From Nemertoderma westbladi (lineage: Eukaryota; Animalia; Xenacoelomorpha): a stretch of DNA of 64,000 nucleotides. Both the position numbers and the translations under genes were made by a program. The notes beneath the pieces were generated by a model. The model was not told the origin of the DNA and ran no database searches. It was given only the letters and a program-made list of their open reading frames with translations. Where the stretch lies: the NCBI GenBank assembly GCA_032718475.1, contig JAUCBJ010009039.1, positions 1 to 64,000 on the forward strand, written 5' to 3'. Positions 12,877 through 25,500 of this stretch are shown here, piece by piece (within the stretch, counting starts at the first letter, position 1; the number at the start of each line of letters is the position of its first letter).

Positions 12877-15486
12877 TTCCTTACAGGAAGTAATCTGGCG
12901 GTTCCTAACTATTAGTTGAAAGGAAATAAAATAGGCTTTATTTACCGATGTCTCGAACTCGCATTGCTTCGTTGCGACTGTTTCGCTTGTTAGTGAAAAA
13001 AAATAATTATTATTTGAGACTATCATTATTATTTTACGAATTTATAATAAGTACAATGTATAAATAGCAAAAAGAATATGAAGTTATAAGATACCAAATT
13101 AGTTGTAATATCTAAATTGATGAACAATTGTCTGCTTAATAATAGCTAGCGCGTATAAAAACAACAACCAGTCGGGTTATACTGAGAAAAGACAGTAAGT
13201 GAACTTTTAATTAATACAAAATCCGCAGCTTATTATAATTAATAAATATATACGAACACAGATAAAACAAAAACAAAATTATAAACATTATCATATAATT
13301 ATTATAACTCTATATACAAAAAACTGCACAAGATAAAACGCGTGGTAATGGAATTAGTTGGCCCCGTTGGCACCATTATTGTGTGAAGACGCCACCAAAC
13401 TCTCTGGGTTCGCAAATTGAAAATTTTCCGTATAAAAGAGAAATTCAAGCATAATACGGTATAGTTTTTAGGCGTTTCTCAAAACCCCTACAAATATATT
13501 GCCAATACATTATTAGGTGGACCCTATTAATTATAAACAGTGGTAGTAGTAATATACTAATAATCTCAAAAAGATCCACTTTCTATAAAAAAAGGAAGTG
13601 ATGGAAAGTAATACTTTAATTTATTAGTAAATCTTCCATATAATAGTTTATATAACAACATGGTCTTACTAACTCAAGCGAGAGATCTAAAATATATTAC
13701 GTTGGGAGTTCGATTATTGGTTTATCTGACTACAATTTTTTTCAGAAAAAGTAATGTTTCGATTGAAAATTATTAAAACGGATAGAAACGTATTAGTTTA
13801 AGTTGTCGGGAATTCGTATCGTGTCGTGCATTTTGGGACACGTTTCGTTCGTTCATAACAGACTCCAAACATTTGAATTTCGGTGCTTTCTGCTTCTTTC
13901 GATACAAAAGTTTGGTATTGAATTACATACGTGTTGTGCCTCGATTTATATAGTTAATTTTATATTTGCTACCAGATAAAAAAGTATTGGAAATACTTAC
14001 ATTGCAAATAAAAACTATTTGTATTGTGCATATTCCATAAAATCATTAAATTTTCGGGAATATCCTGTTTGGCGCACACCATCAGCAAAATAGCTGAAAC
14101 AAAAAGTAACAATTTTCCAAAAGTAATGTGCCCCAAACAGGACCAATTTTTCACCAGTTATTGATGTCTCTATGTACCTCCAACCGATTGATGTCTGGGT
14201 ACTGTAATAATGGGTTCGATTCTCCCCATACAGGACTTTGTGCGACTACGTAATTATTGCCGTGCAGGTCACTCGAAGCAGCAGGGGTATATATTCCAAT
14301 GAGTACAGGGTATCTTTTTTAGGTATCCGTTTACTTATTGGCATTAAGTGACCGCAGTATATAGGCAGCATTTACTTACTAGATAACAGCAAAATGACGC
14401 AAATTATTGAAAAAGTTAATTACTGTTATTGTACAATGTTACGATAAACGGTAGAAACAGTCCTGCAGCTGTAATAAACGTACATAAATTAATTTAATAA
14501 GTACGGCTAACACCCTGTCCGGGGATTCGGGAATATAGTGTCGTTATTCAGGTACCTGGAACCCCCCCAATAAAAAAAATTATTATTTTATCTACAAATC
14601 TTAATGAGATTGTATGCAATTTGAAGCTGAGATAGTTTCATCTCCCTCCTCCTCCGTGGGTGAGCCAGCTCATCCTTTATTTAGTGCGTTTGCGTTTGAA
14701 AATAGTGTATCTCCGTCAATATTGCACCAGTTACTCTTCCGCAGTTTTATTCTTCAACCTAAATTAGCCGAAGTGTGGGCGTTTACAAGTTGCATGGTTC
14801 TGCATCTGCGCGAGGATATATAATTAATTAATTATATTTAATATATCGTGACCAAAGTGCCAGACAACACTCACCAAAAAATGTGGTTTCGAGAAAAATG
14901 CAAAAAACCTTCTCATTTCCATCTATATGGATCCCGTCTCCTAATTTTTTCGACAGAGGTCTGGGAAGATACAATGACACATTTTATAATAGTGGCTAGC
15001 ATTCAGAATAAATTTTGGAAAAAACTGTTTTTTTTTCGTTATTTTCCAAAGTGGCAAAACAACACATATATACTGAAATTTAACATTAACTCTAGTCTGT
15101 GTGTGTTGTTTTACCTCTAACGGTTTTCAACTTTTATGTTGTGAGGGTTGTTCTGGTTTTCCATATCTCCTTAAACGGACTGACATACAAATCTAGGATT
15201 TTAACATAATAAGTGCGGTATGTGTTGTTTTACCTCTAACGGTTTTCAACTTATATGTTGTGAGGGTTGTTCTGGTTTTCCATATCTCCTAAACGGACTG
15301 ACATACAAGTCTAGGATTTTAACATAAGATGTAGAACGCCATCTTGAGTATTTTTGGTAAAAAAATTTTTTTTTGAAAAATTGTGGTATGTGTTGTTCTG
15401 GCTCTATGGTAACGATATATGAATCATATTCTGGAACATTTTGTTTATCCCATACGTAGCTAGGCAACAATGCAATACCTCTTTAG

Positions 15487-15693
15487 GGCCGCGTTCACAC
15501 TACCTAGTCAAAGTCAAAAGAAAATAAATAAATATAGCTAGCTAGCAATAATAAATAATAATACATTATAATATAATGATATATAATATTATATACTGCC
15601 TATAATATAATTATGTTCTAGAAAAAAATAAATTTATTGTTATTTTTTTTACATTTTGTCTTTTGACTTTGACTCGGTAGTGTGAACGCGGCC
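15487..15693. mobile_element. PIF/Harbinger-like (Tourist) MITE
   Basis: ~35-bp TIR GGCCGCGTTCACACTACC...AGTCAAAGTCAAAAG; flanks TAG/TAA. Confidence 0.75.
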
Positions 15694-17521
15694 TAAGGGG
15701 GGTTCCTAATTGAAAAATGAGATTTTTCAATTACAATCCCCTTAGTGCAGATTTCTATGAGAATTTCAAAACTTGACACCGTTTGGTAATAGCTAATGTA
15801 GTTACTAGGACTAGGATCGGCATGCTGCATTGCAGCTGCATTTTTAAAAATGCTGTGCCGGCAAAAAAACCATGTAGTTAAGAAGTTATGAGTGATAATG
15901 TTAACCTTACGTGTAAGTAAGTGTCTGTGAAAAGTGTAAAAGTGGCTGTCTGGGATTATGTTTCTGACGGTTTGTCTGTCAAAATATAACAAAAGCATTC
16001 ATCTTAGCTAAAAGTTTTATTATGGGGGGTTTTCATGGCCGCTGATTTAATTCCAAATGTCAGTTTTCACTTTTAACGAAAACTATTATATCTTTATGTA
16101 TCTTTATCCGCCCGACAATCTGTCTGTCAAAATATAAGGACATCGTACATCGCACCATCACGCTAAAACTGTTTTGTTGTGGTTTTCCTGGTCGCTGATT
16201 TCAATTCCGATGACAGTTTTCATGTATTACGACATACACATTGTCTGTTCAGCTGTCGGTCATACTTTTGCGGACAGACCGACAGCAATTCAGATAGACA
16301 TGACGCGGTCATATAAAAAAACTGACTTCAGAAATGAAATCATTAACCTGGAAAACCATTGCAACAAAATTTTGGGGTTGTTTGCATTCTAACATTTCAA
16401 TGGACAGACTAATTAAATTACCCTAATGATAAACTTTAAATGCGTTTTCTGAAGAATGCAAATTTTAAATGTCAAAATGCAAGGCTTTTCCAAAAATGTA
16501 CAAATTCGCTTTCTATTGTAGACAAGAGTGCAAAACATCAATTAATTTGGATAAAATCCAGTTTCCTAAATAAGGGGATACATTTTTTTAGTTAATTAGT
16601 GACCCCCCCCCCCCCCCCCCCCCCGCCCACCAGCCCTTCATATAACATATAACGAAGCTATTCATACATTAACAAAATGTTCCAGAATATGGTGTATTTA
16701 TTAAATAAAATAGCCTTGAGCAGGTGGAAAACCATGCCACTTCATATCGAACGCTTCATATCTCAGCTATTGTTCACGAAATTCATATTGTATTACATTC
16801 GGAATCCTTGCATGTCCAGCTCCGATTACTACCAACATATCACTATAAGGTTGAAGAATGACTGCGGTGTAACTTGTGCCCTATCGACGGAGACACTTTA
16901 TTCAAACACTAAAGATTGAAAACGAAAATAAAAATTCTGACTCATCCAATAAGTTATGGTCAGGAAGTGAAACTATCTCTGTTTCAAATTTCCTGCCATC
17001 TCATTAATATTTGTAGCTGTCCAGGTACCTCCCAAATAACGACAATATATTCCAGGACATGGTGTAGTCGTAGTGTATGCCGATAAAAAATGTATATAAT
17101 ACAATAAATTATTAATAACAAATAAATAAAATTAATTTGATATAATATAAGAGATTCATATTTAAATACAAAATACACAATATGTGACGATAGTTAGTAA
17201 AAGTATACAGTACCGGAACCAGTTGGCGATACGTACAAGAAACTACCTCGTCAGCGCAAGTCTGTCACCTTATATTTGTTGTTAACTGAATCATATTTGA
17301 GTGGAAATACGTTTTCAGAGCTGAAAAGGTATTATATTCTTGAGTTTTTAAACTAATTATAACTAAACGAATTTTGAGTCTATAATGACCGCAATTTTAT
17401 ATGATATATGGAAGTTTATTCATGAATATAATGTTCTTTTTGAATAATTATATATATTATAATTATATTATAATTCTAGTTAAAAAAAAGTAAAGTAAGA
17501 GTAGAAAGTAGTAATGAAAAA

Positions 17522-17739
17522 GGGTAGGTGTAAAACGCGGATCCGGATTCCAAAATTATCAATTAAGGGAAAGGAGCAGGTTACAGTGGCACGTTATATT
17601 AACCAAAACAATAAACTAAAGTCAATAGAACAGGTTATAGTTTTATTTTTGGGAGTTATAAAAATGTAAAAAAATCGACTTCCGTAGGGACAATGTCAAA
17701 TGTAGAATCCGGATCCGGATCCGCGTTTTACTCTGACCC
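17522..17739. mobile_element. Mutator-like MITE with 9-bp TSD
   Basis: TIR GGGT...GTAAAACGCGGATCCGGAT; TSD AATGAAAAA at 17513-17521 and 17740-17748. Confidence 0.85.
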
Positions 17740-18192
17740 AATGAAAAAGTAAAAATACTGACCAGACCTCAAAAGTAAAAAGTTAAGTGATTGTGTACTC
17801 ATTGAATATCCGCAGTTACCGACTTTGTGTGTATTATTTGAAAGATAAGTTCATAAACAAAACAAATTCCTTCCGAGTAACTTAATTGTAAAAATAACTT
17901 ATATATTCGTATTCGCTTATAGAACTTAACTTAAAAACGTTTAGAAACTTATTTGATTAATTTTATTGTGGTAAAGAAAAAAGCGGTAAAAAATTCGCAA
18001 ATCAACTCCATTAAGCATAGGCCGACCTCAAGTAAAAAATTGTAAAAAATTACAGTTTTTTCCAAATAACAACAAAACTGTCTGTTGAAAATGCTGTCTG
18101 CTGGACATATAGCTAAATCTGACACGGAAAAAAAATTTACAAGAAGTATTACATTTTTCAAACCGGACAAACAATAATAACTGTGTGTATTA

Positions 18193-21100
18193 GGGGCCAT
18201 CCATGATTGACGTCACTCTGGGAACATTTGGTGTAAGGAGGAGGGGAGGGAGGGGGGCGTAGATTTTGATATCGTTTTCTAATTTCGATGTGGAGTGCTC
18301 ATTTATATCCGGGTAAAAAAATTCAGAAGTCATAATTTTTCGGTGAATCATTGACAACTATTTATAGAGGTGCCCCAAACTTTTTATAGAGACGCCGTCA
18401 ACCGCTATAGATAACGGTAGCTAAGATTTGGTAAAGTCGATATTGAGAACTTCTTGATGTCGTATTATCGGCAGCAAATACATTTTGTGCCATATCTCGA
18501 TAACTAATCAACATATCTAAATAAATCTTACGTTGAAGGTGGATAATCGTCGTCTACTTCCACTAAATCACATCTTGCGATTCCGAAACACCCAAGATAA
18601 AGAATTATATTTATAGAAGTGGTTTGGGGCAGATGTTAATGTTTCTCCGATAAATTTTTACCACTGACTTTTTATGATCTCTTTCAGATAAAAATGGAGA
18701 GGGTGGAGGGTAGAGAGAGAGAGGGGGCGGGCGGGGGGGGGGAATCTTGAGCCGATATATAATTCTGTACATTGGTGAATAATAAATTAATGTCGTCAAT
18801 TTTTTTTTAGCAAGGTATCAAATTTTGAGCAAATGAAAAACTACTGTAAGTAGAAGTGTAAGTTAAAGCGCATAGGGCCTACTAACTTTATTGGTGCTAC
18901 GGGGTATTTGATTTCTTATGAGTACCTAAAACAAATTATCAGTGTTTATTAATTTATTAGGTAGTTCATTAATTTTGTTAGGTTATAAAGTATGTCCATT
19001 TTGGTGCTAACAGGTTTGTAGACAGGTTTGTGGACAAGTTTGCGGACATGTTTGTGGACATGTTTGTATGGTTTCGTTTCAGAACACAGGTCCACAACAT
19101 GCAGGTACAAAACACAGAAAAGGTAGGTAATTGTAATTCAATATAGTCCACCCAAAATGTATCTTACACTTTGTTTCTACTTATTCGCTTTTTGGTGCAG
19201 TAAGCATTTCAAAATGTTGACTACCAAGCCAGTACCCCACCCCCCCCCCCCCCCCCCCCTTTAACCTTATTAGCTTAGTATTACGCTAAAGAATCTCATC
19301 GTTCAACAGTTTTGTTTATAGTTCGCCTAGCTCAAGGTCTCATTCACATGCCTAAAGGTGCAATGATTCTTGAGTCCCTATTATATTGAACCGGGTTGGT
19401 CTGATGGGTTTACTTACTCTCACTTCTGGTTGCTTATCTCGAAGGTAAAGGTCACAATTCTCGGAAAGTTTCACTTGCTCATCTACCTCCTGACTATATA
19501 CCTCCTCCTCCCGATCCGTCACAAGATGTTATGTGGGACGGAGGATGTCGGATGGAGCAGAATATGACGTCTTTCTGTCGCAAAAGCTTCCCTAAAGCTG
19601 CGGCAAGAAGCTGTCAGTGTCATAAAAACACGTGACTCGCCTCACTATCTTAGCGAAAACACTAGGTTCGTGAAATGAATTGTTATGATGTCCACAACCA
19701 GAAGAATTGGAAAATGGAAGAGGTGAAAACGTCAAAAAGGACTGAACCGGGTTATTCGGGTTATTTTGTAAATAATGCACAGTATAATAGGTGTAGGTGT
19801 TGTTCCCATCACCATATCTCCATTCGTTATTTCAATAAACACGAATTCAAAACACTGACCATTGGAAAGCCCATACTCGATATAGTGGGAGTAGGCTAGG
19901 TGTTGTTCCCCTGACCGTTGGTGCATTCGTTCTTGAAATGACACCCCTAACAACCCGTTGCTATGGTAACACGAATTCAAAACAATGAACATACCTACAT
20001 AAAGTTAAACTGTCCGTAAACCTGTCCGCAAACTTGTCTGCAAACCTGTCCGCAAACTTGTCCGTAAACCTGTCTGCAAACCTGTCTGCAAACCCTTCCG
20101 CAAACTTGTCCGTAAACCTGTCCACAAAAAGGTCCGCAAACTTGTCCGCAAACCTGTCTGCAAACCTGTCCACAAACCTGTCCGCAAACTTGTCCGTAAA
20201 CTTGTCCGTAAACCTGTCCACAAACCTGTCCGCAAACTTGTCCGTAAACCTGTCCACAAACCTGTCCGCAAACTTGTCCACAAAACTGTCTGCAAACCTG
20301 TCCACAAACTTGTCCGCAAACCTGTCCACAAACCTGTCCGCAAACTTGTCCGTAAACCTGTCCACAAACCTGTCCGCAAACTTATCCACAAAACTGTCTG
20401 CAAACCTGTCCGCAAACTTGTCCGCAAACCTGCCGTAAACCTGTCTGCAAACCTGTCCACAAACCTGTCCGCAAACTTGTCCACAAAACTGTCCGTAAGC
20501 CTGTCCGCAAAATCTGTCCGTAAACCTGTCCGCAAACCAGTCCGCAAACCTGTCCGTAAACCTGTCTGCAAACCTGTCCGAAAACTTGTCCGTAAACCTG
20601 TCTGCAAACCTGTCCGCAAACTTGTCCACAAAACTGTCTGCAAACCTGTCCACAAACCTGTCCGCAAACTTGTCCGTAAACCTGTCTGCAAACCTGTCCG
20701 CAAACTTGTCCGTAAACCTGTCCACAAACCTGTCCGCAAACTTGTCCACAAAACTGTCTGCAAACCTGTCCACAAACCTGTCCGCAAACTTGTCCGTAAA
20801 CCTGTCCGCAAACTTGTCCACAAAACTGTCTGCAAACCTGTCCACAAACCTGTCTGCAAACCTGTCCGAAAACTTGTCCGTAAACCTGTCTGCAAACCTG
20901 TCCGCAAACTTGTCCGTAAACCTGTCCACAAACCTGTCCGCAAACTTGTCCACAAACCTGTCCGTAAACCTGTCTGCAAACCTGTCCGAAAACGTGTCCG
21001 TAAACCTGTCTGCAAACCTGTCCGCAAACTTGTCCGTAAACCTGTCGTAAACCTGTCTGCAAACTTGTCCGCAAACCTGTCCGTAAACCTGTCCGCAAAC

Positions 21101-22133
21101 TTGTCCGTAAACTTGTCCGTAAACCTGTCCACAAACCTGTCCGCAAACTTGTCCGTAAACCTGTCCACAAACCTGTCCGCAAACTTGTCCACAAACTTGT
21201 CCGTAAACCTGTCTGCAAACCTGTCCGCAAACTTGTCCGTAAACCTGTTCGCAAACCTGTCCACAAACCTGTCCGCAAACTTGGCCGCAAACCTGTCCGT
21301 AAACCTGTCCGCAAAACCTGTCCGTAAACCTGTCTGCAAGCCTGTCCACAAACCAGTCCGCAAACCTGTCCTTAAACCTGTCTGAAAACCTGTCTACAAA
21401 CATGTCCGCAAACTTGTCCACAAACCCATCTGCCAATCTGTCCACAAACCTGTCCGCAAACTTGTCCACAAACTTGTCCGTAAACCTGTCTGCAAACCTG
21501 TCCGCAAACTTGTCCGCAAACCTGTCTGCAAACCTGTCCTTAAACCTGTCCACAAACCTGTCCGCAAACTTGTCCACAAACCTGTCCGCAAAACCTGTCC
21601 GTAAACCTGTCTGCAAACCTGTCCGCAAACCAGTCCGCAAACCTGTCCTTAAACCTGTCTGAAAACCTGTCTACAAACATGTCCGCAAACTTGTCCACAA
21701 ACCCATCTGCCAATCTGTCCACAAACCTGTCCGCAAACCTGTCCGTAAACCTGTCCGCAAACCTGTCTGCAAACCAGTCCGCAAACCTGTCCTTAAACCT
21801 GTCCACAAACCTGTCCGTAAACCTGTCTGCAAACCTGTCCGCAAACCAGTCCGCAAACCTATCCTTAAACCTGTCTGCAAACGTGTCCTCAAACCAGTCC
21901 GCAAACCTGTCCGCAAACCAGTCCGCAAACCTATCCTTAAACCTGTCTGCAAACCAGTCCGCAAACCTATCCTTAAACCTGTCTGCAAACTTGTCCTCAA
22001 ACCTGTCCGCAAACTTGTCCGTAAACCTATCCGTAAACTGCTGTCCGTTAGACGTTTACGCCCCTTATTACGCATTACAGGACATTGTTTAAGATGTTCC
22101 AAAAAATGAGTGACCTAATTTATGGATGGCCTC
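18193..22133. mobile_element. Harbinger-like TIR element enclosing the 12-bp satellite
   Basis: Left end GGGGCCATCCATGATTGACGTCACTC versus reverse complement of right end GAGGCCATCCATAAATTAGGTCACTC; inverted copies of the 12-mer at 19010-19066; TSD not matched. Confidence 0.5.
20009..22039. repeat. 12-bp minisatellite (AAACCTGTCCGC and variants), about 170 copies
   Basis: Seen directly; source of the long FADR/TGLR/NLSA ORFs. Confidence 0.97.
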
Positions 22134-22506
22134 TACCGAATACGTTTAAGCAGCACAAACAACATAAAAGTAGATAATTTAGCCTTATAAACAAATAATG
22201 TAAAAAATGTGACTAATAATAATAAACTAAAATGGTAATAAAAACTTAAATATAGTAGATTGGCTGAAAGTTATAGATACTATTAACAATGAAAAGTTTT
22301 GTGAATGGAAAGTGTGGCTGAAACACAACTAACAACTCGTCTTGTGGAATGCGTAAAAACGGCGCAACCATGGTAACATTATTAAATATTCGCGAGTGAG
22401 TGGGCGAATGCTAATTGTGAGTTTACCAGTAACCATGGCAACCCTGAATTATTATCACGGTGGTCAATAGGACGGCAGCAAAATTGTAGAAATTAATCGC
22501 GGAATC

Positions 22507-22596
22507 TTATTGGTAGTTGCCTTGGGAACCACTGCAACGCGGATGAATAGGGGGCGCTGTGTAGAACAGTTGGGGTGGTAACGGGCCATCTATCCA
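22507..22596 (-). CDS. MAU2: MAU2 last coding exon
   Basis: Acceptor TTGTTTTACAG then [11 protein letters not shown]...GNYQ*, matching the MAU2 C-terminal W-x-DGP motif. Confidence 0.85.
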   Translation of the reverse strand, partial: WIDGPLPPQLFYTAPPIHPRCSGSQGNYQ

Positions 22597-25500
22597 CTGT
22601 AAAACAATAAATAGTAAACAATAAAATCGACAAATATAACATTGTATGAAAAATAGTTTAGTTGATTTATTTTATTAAGTTGAACACGAATTATTTCACT
22701 TGGGTTCGCCTTGATTAGTAGTCAGTGTAACTATGACAGTAGATAATAATCATAGCAGCCGCCAAGAACTGGCGTTAATCGCTTCATTATTCGATTCATC
22801 ATCATTCTACTAAAAATAGGCGACAATATTATTTACTGAGGAAGGATTCGAACTCGGGACCTACGGGCAACACTTGAAAGTAGTAACCACTATACTACAA
22901 CGTACGTTGATAACTAAGTGCACCTATTATAGGTTATCGATAGAAGCAGTAGGCATACAATGCACACCAGTTTTCGGACAACTTGTGGTTTTTGCACTTC
23001 CAGCATGTCCAAAGTTCGGGCTTTAATTTTGATTGTAGGTGCCCAAGATGTTATTCTACACATGGTGGATGCGCTTTAAACCCCCCTAAGGCTTCTACAG
23101 TTTTAATTATGGTAACATGAACGTATAGTTTATAGGATAGGGCTAAGGTGGGGAACATATCTATCTGACGAATTTAAATGAAAATTAGTCTGTGCCGCTA
23201 GGGGGCGTTGCTAAATTGTGCTATTTTTAAGACAGATATAAATTAGTACTAAATTAATGTGATAACTAATTATTTCAAAGAGTTGTCTGATATTTTTGTG
23301 CACAGACACAATCTAGACATTCAGTGAAAATTTCAGATAATTTGGAGAAAAATTATAGATGTAGGTTTTGAAGTTGCGAAAGTCGTGAACAAATATTCTC
23401 AGATAATTACAGTTAAACATTTTGCAACCAAAACTATTTTTAATAGTTCTCAGTAGAGTTGAAACAGAGACTTGTCACTGATATCTGTTCTCTGGATTCT
23501 CCGGGCAGTTTTTTAGTCTCTGGATAGGTCTCTGGTTCCCGGGTATTGAAAACAGACATTTTACCCAGAGATCAGTGATTTGACAAATTATAAATACATA
23601 TTTAAAAATAGATCCTGTACAACACAAAATGTGAAATGAAGATAATTTTTCACAAATTTTTTACAATTAATTATTTCTTTAATTGTTAACTATTTTACAT
23701 ACACCACTTCAACTAAATTATATATTCACTTTTACACTATTTCTATTTCTAATAAATGTACCAATAATCTTCTATTTAATTTAAGGTGCGTTTAATTTTA
23801 AGTTAAATTAGCACCTAAAGATGGTTCTTATTTAAGGATAAGGGCGCTTAATTTGAGCACTCATAATGTTTAAAAGTGAAAGAAAGGGCTGTTCTCCAGT
23901 CAATTTGTTATAGGATAGATAATATGACGACCAAATGGAGAGAACGAGCGTGGCGAGGCTTGTAAATGGGGCGAGTAGAGCACTATACCTGTGCACTAAG
24001 TATTCGTAAATGACTATATGACTATGTATATTGAAATGTATATGATTTGAACAATTGTAAAATAAGTGCCTTTAATTAACAAAGTACCGGTACCCATGGC
24101 GCAAAACAAATTTATATAACATATTATATTAACAATAACAAAATAAAACGAATTAATAAACAAATAACCAAATTAATATTAATTAAGCCCCCCAAACTGT
24201 ACGTGCGCTTATTTTCTTACAATGGGTAAGGGTTGAAATGGGTTGGATTTACTTTACTGTAATTGAACCATAGAAAAATAGTTAAGGCCGAATGTACAGT
24301 CTGTTTGTGCTATAGGGGAGTAATGAAATTGTAAGTACAAAAATAAGCAAAGTCTCTGATCTCCGGCTCTGGTCTCCGGTATTTTTCAAAATAATTCTCC
24401 GGGTAGGGCTCTGGTTCACCGGGATTAAGAAAAACAGGTCTCTGTTTCAACTCTAGTTCTCAGTTAATGAAATTTTGTATAACTTACACCTCGAGCTTTC
24501 CAACAGCACCAACAAACAGTACATACAAGGTAGAATAATAATAACTGCCGAAGGATAATTTTTTTAGACAATTTTTTAAACGCTTGTAACTAAAGATTGA
24601 AAGAAAAACAAAAATTCTGGCTGACCCACTAAGGAGGAGGGAGGTGAAACTAACTCTGTTTCAAATTTCATGCAATCTCATCAAGATTTGAAGAAAAATT
24701 TGGCGGGGGGGGGGGGGGGGGGGGGTTGTGTCATTGAAAGGGACATTAGGGAAAAGGTTTATTAAATTCTCAAGTAAAGCATAACTTTCCTACAGTAACA
24801 CTTTACGTTTTTGTAACGCTCAAAAATTCGACTCATTTTTAACTCGGTTTTTAACAGTTTTATGAAAAATAAATAAAAGGTAGTCAGGTCCATCACTATA
24901 GGGGACATACAAAGTCACATATGATTGGCCACGGTAACTTGTTATGTATTTTAACAACACACTTGCAAAAACTGAAACTATTTTCTGGGAACTGGAACTG
25001 AAATAAGGATGTTTATTCGAACTAAAGCTGGTAGTGAATGCGAAACTAGTCAAATGTATTATAAAGTTCTAGAACAATATATAACATGACTTGGACTAAA
25101 TATATATAATATATATTATGAATCCCCCCCCGGTTTGTTTACCTTGGCCCAACAATTCTATTTAATTCATGGATGGAATAATAATTAATAAATGGAGTCA
25201 ACATGGATGATACCAATACTGATCTTAGTCTATTAATCATCCTATAATTTCTAGAATCTTGCTACGAAGTGTGTTACTTTAGTGCAACTAACCTAAGGAA
25301 TGTGCCCCGACTCTGTACTGCGGCCTGATAGTTCCGTCGCCTTCGCCCAGACTATGACGCGGACTATGGCCCAGCCCCAGACACACCATTAGTATTAGCA
25401 TAACCTACTGTATATTGATTTTGCCCAATGTACACTAACCCCCACTATAGAGCATGGTATGGCATAAACTACACCCCTTCCTTCTGTCCCCGACATACAT

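Noticed and set aside
15098-15330. Local ~123-bp duplication (a ~52-bp one also lies at 5880-5987)
   Set aside because: Ordinary two-copy tandem duplications with no further signal
19961-22102. Long overlapping ORFs (up to 559 aa) on both strands
   Set aside because: Products of a stop-free 12-bp minisatellite; open in most frames
25364-25444. Alternative MAU2 last exon starting with Trp
   Set aside because: Weak acceptor and no similarity; 22507-22596 gives the conserved WIDGP
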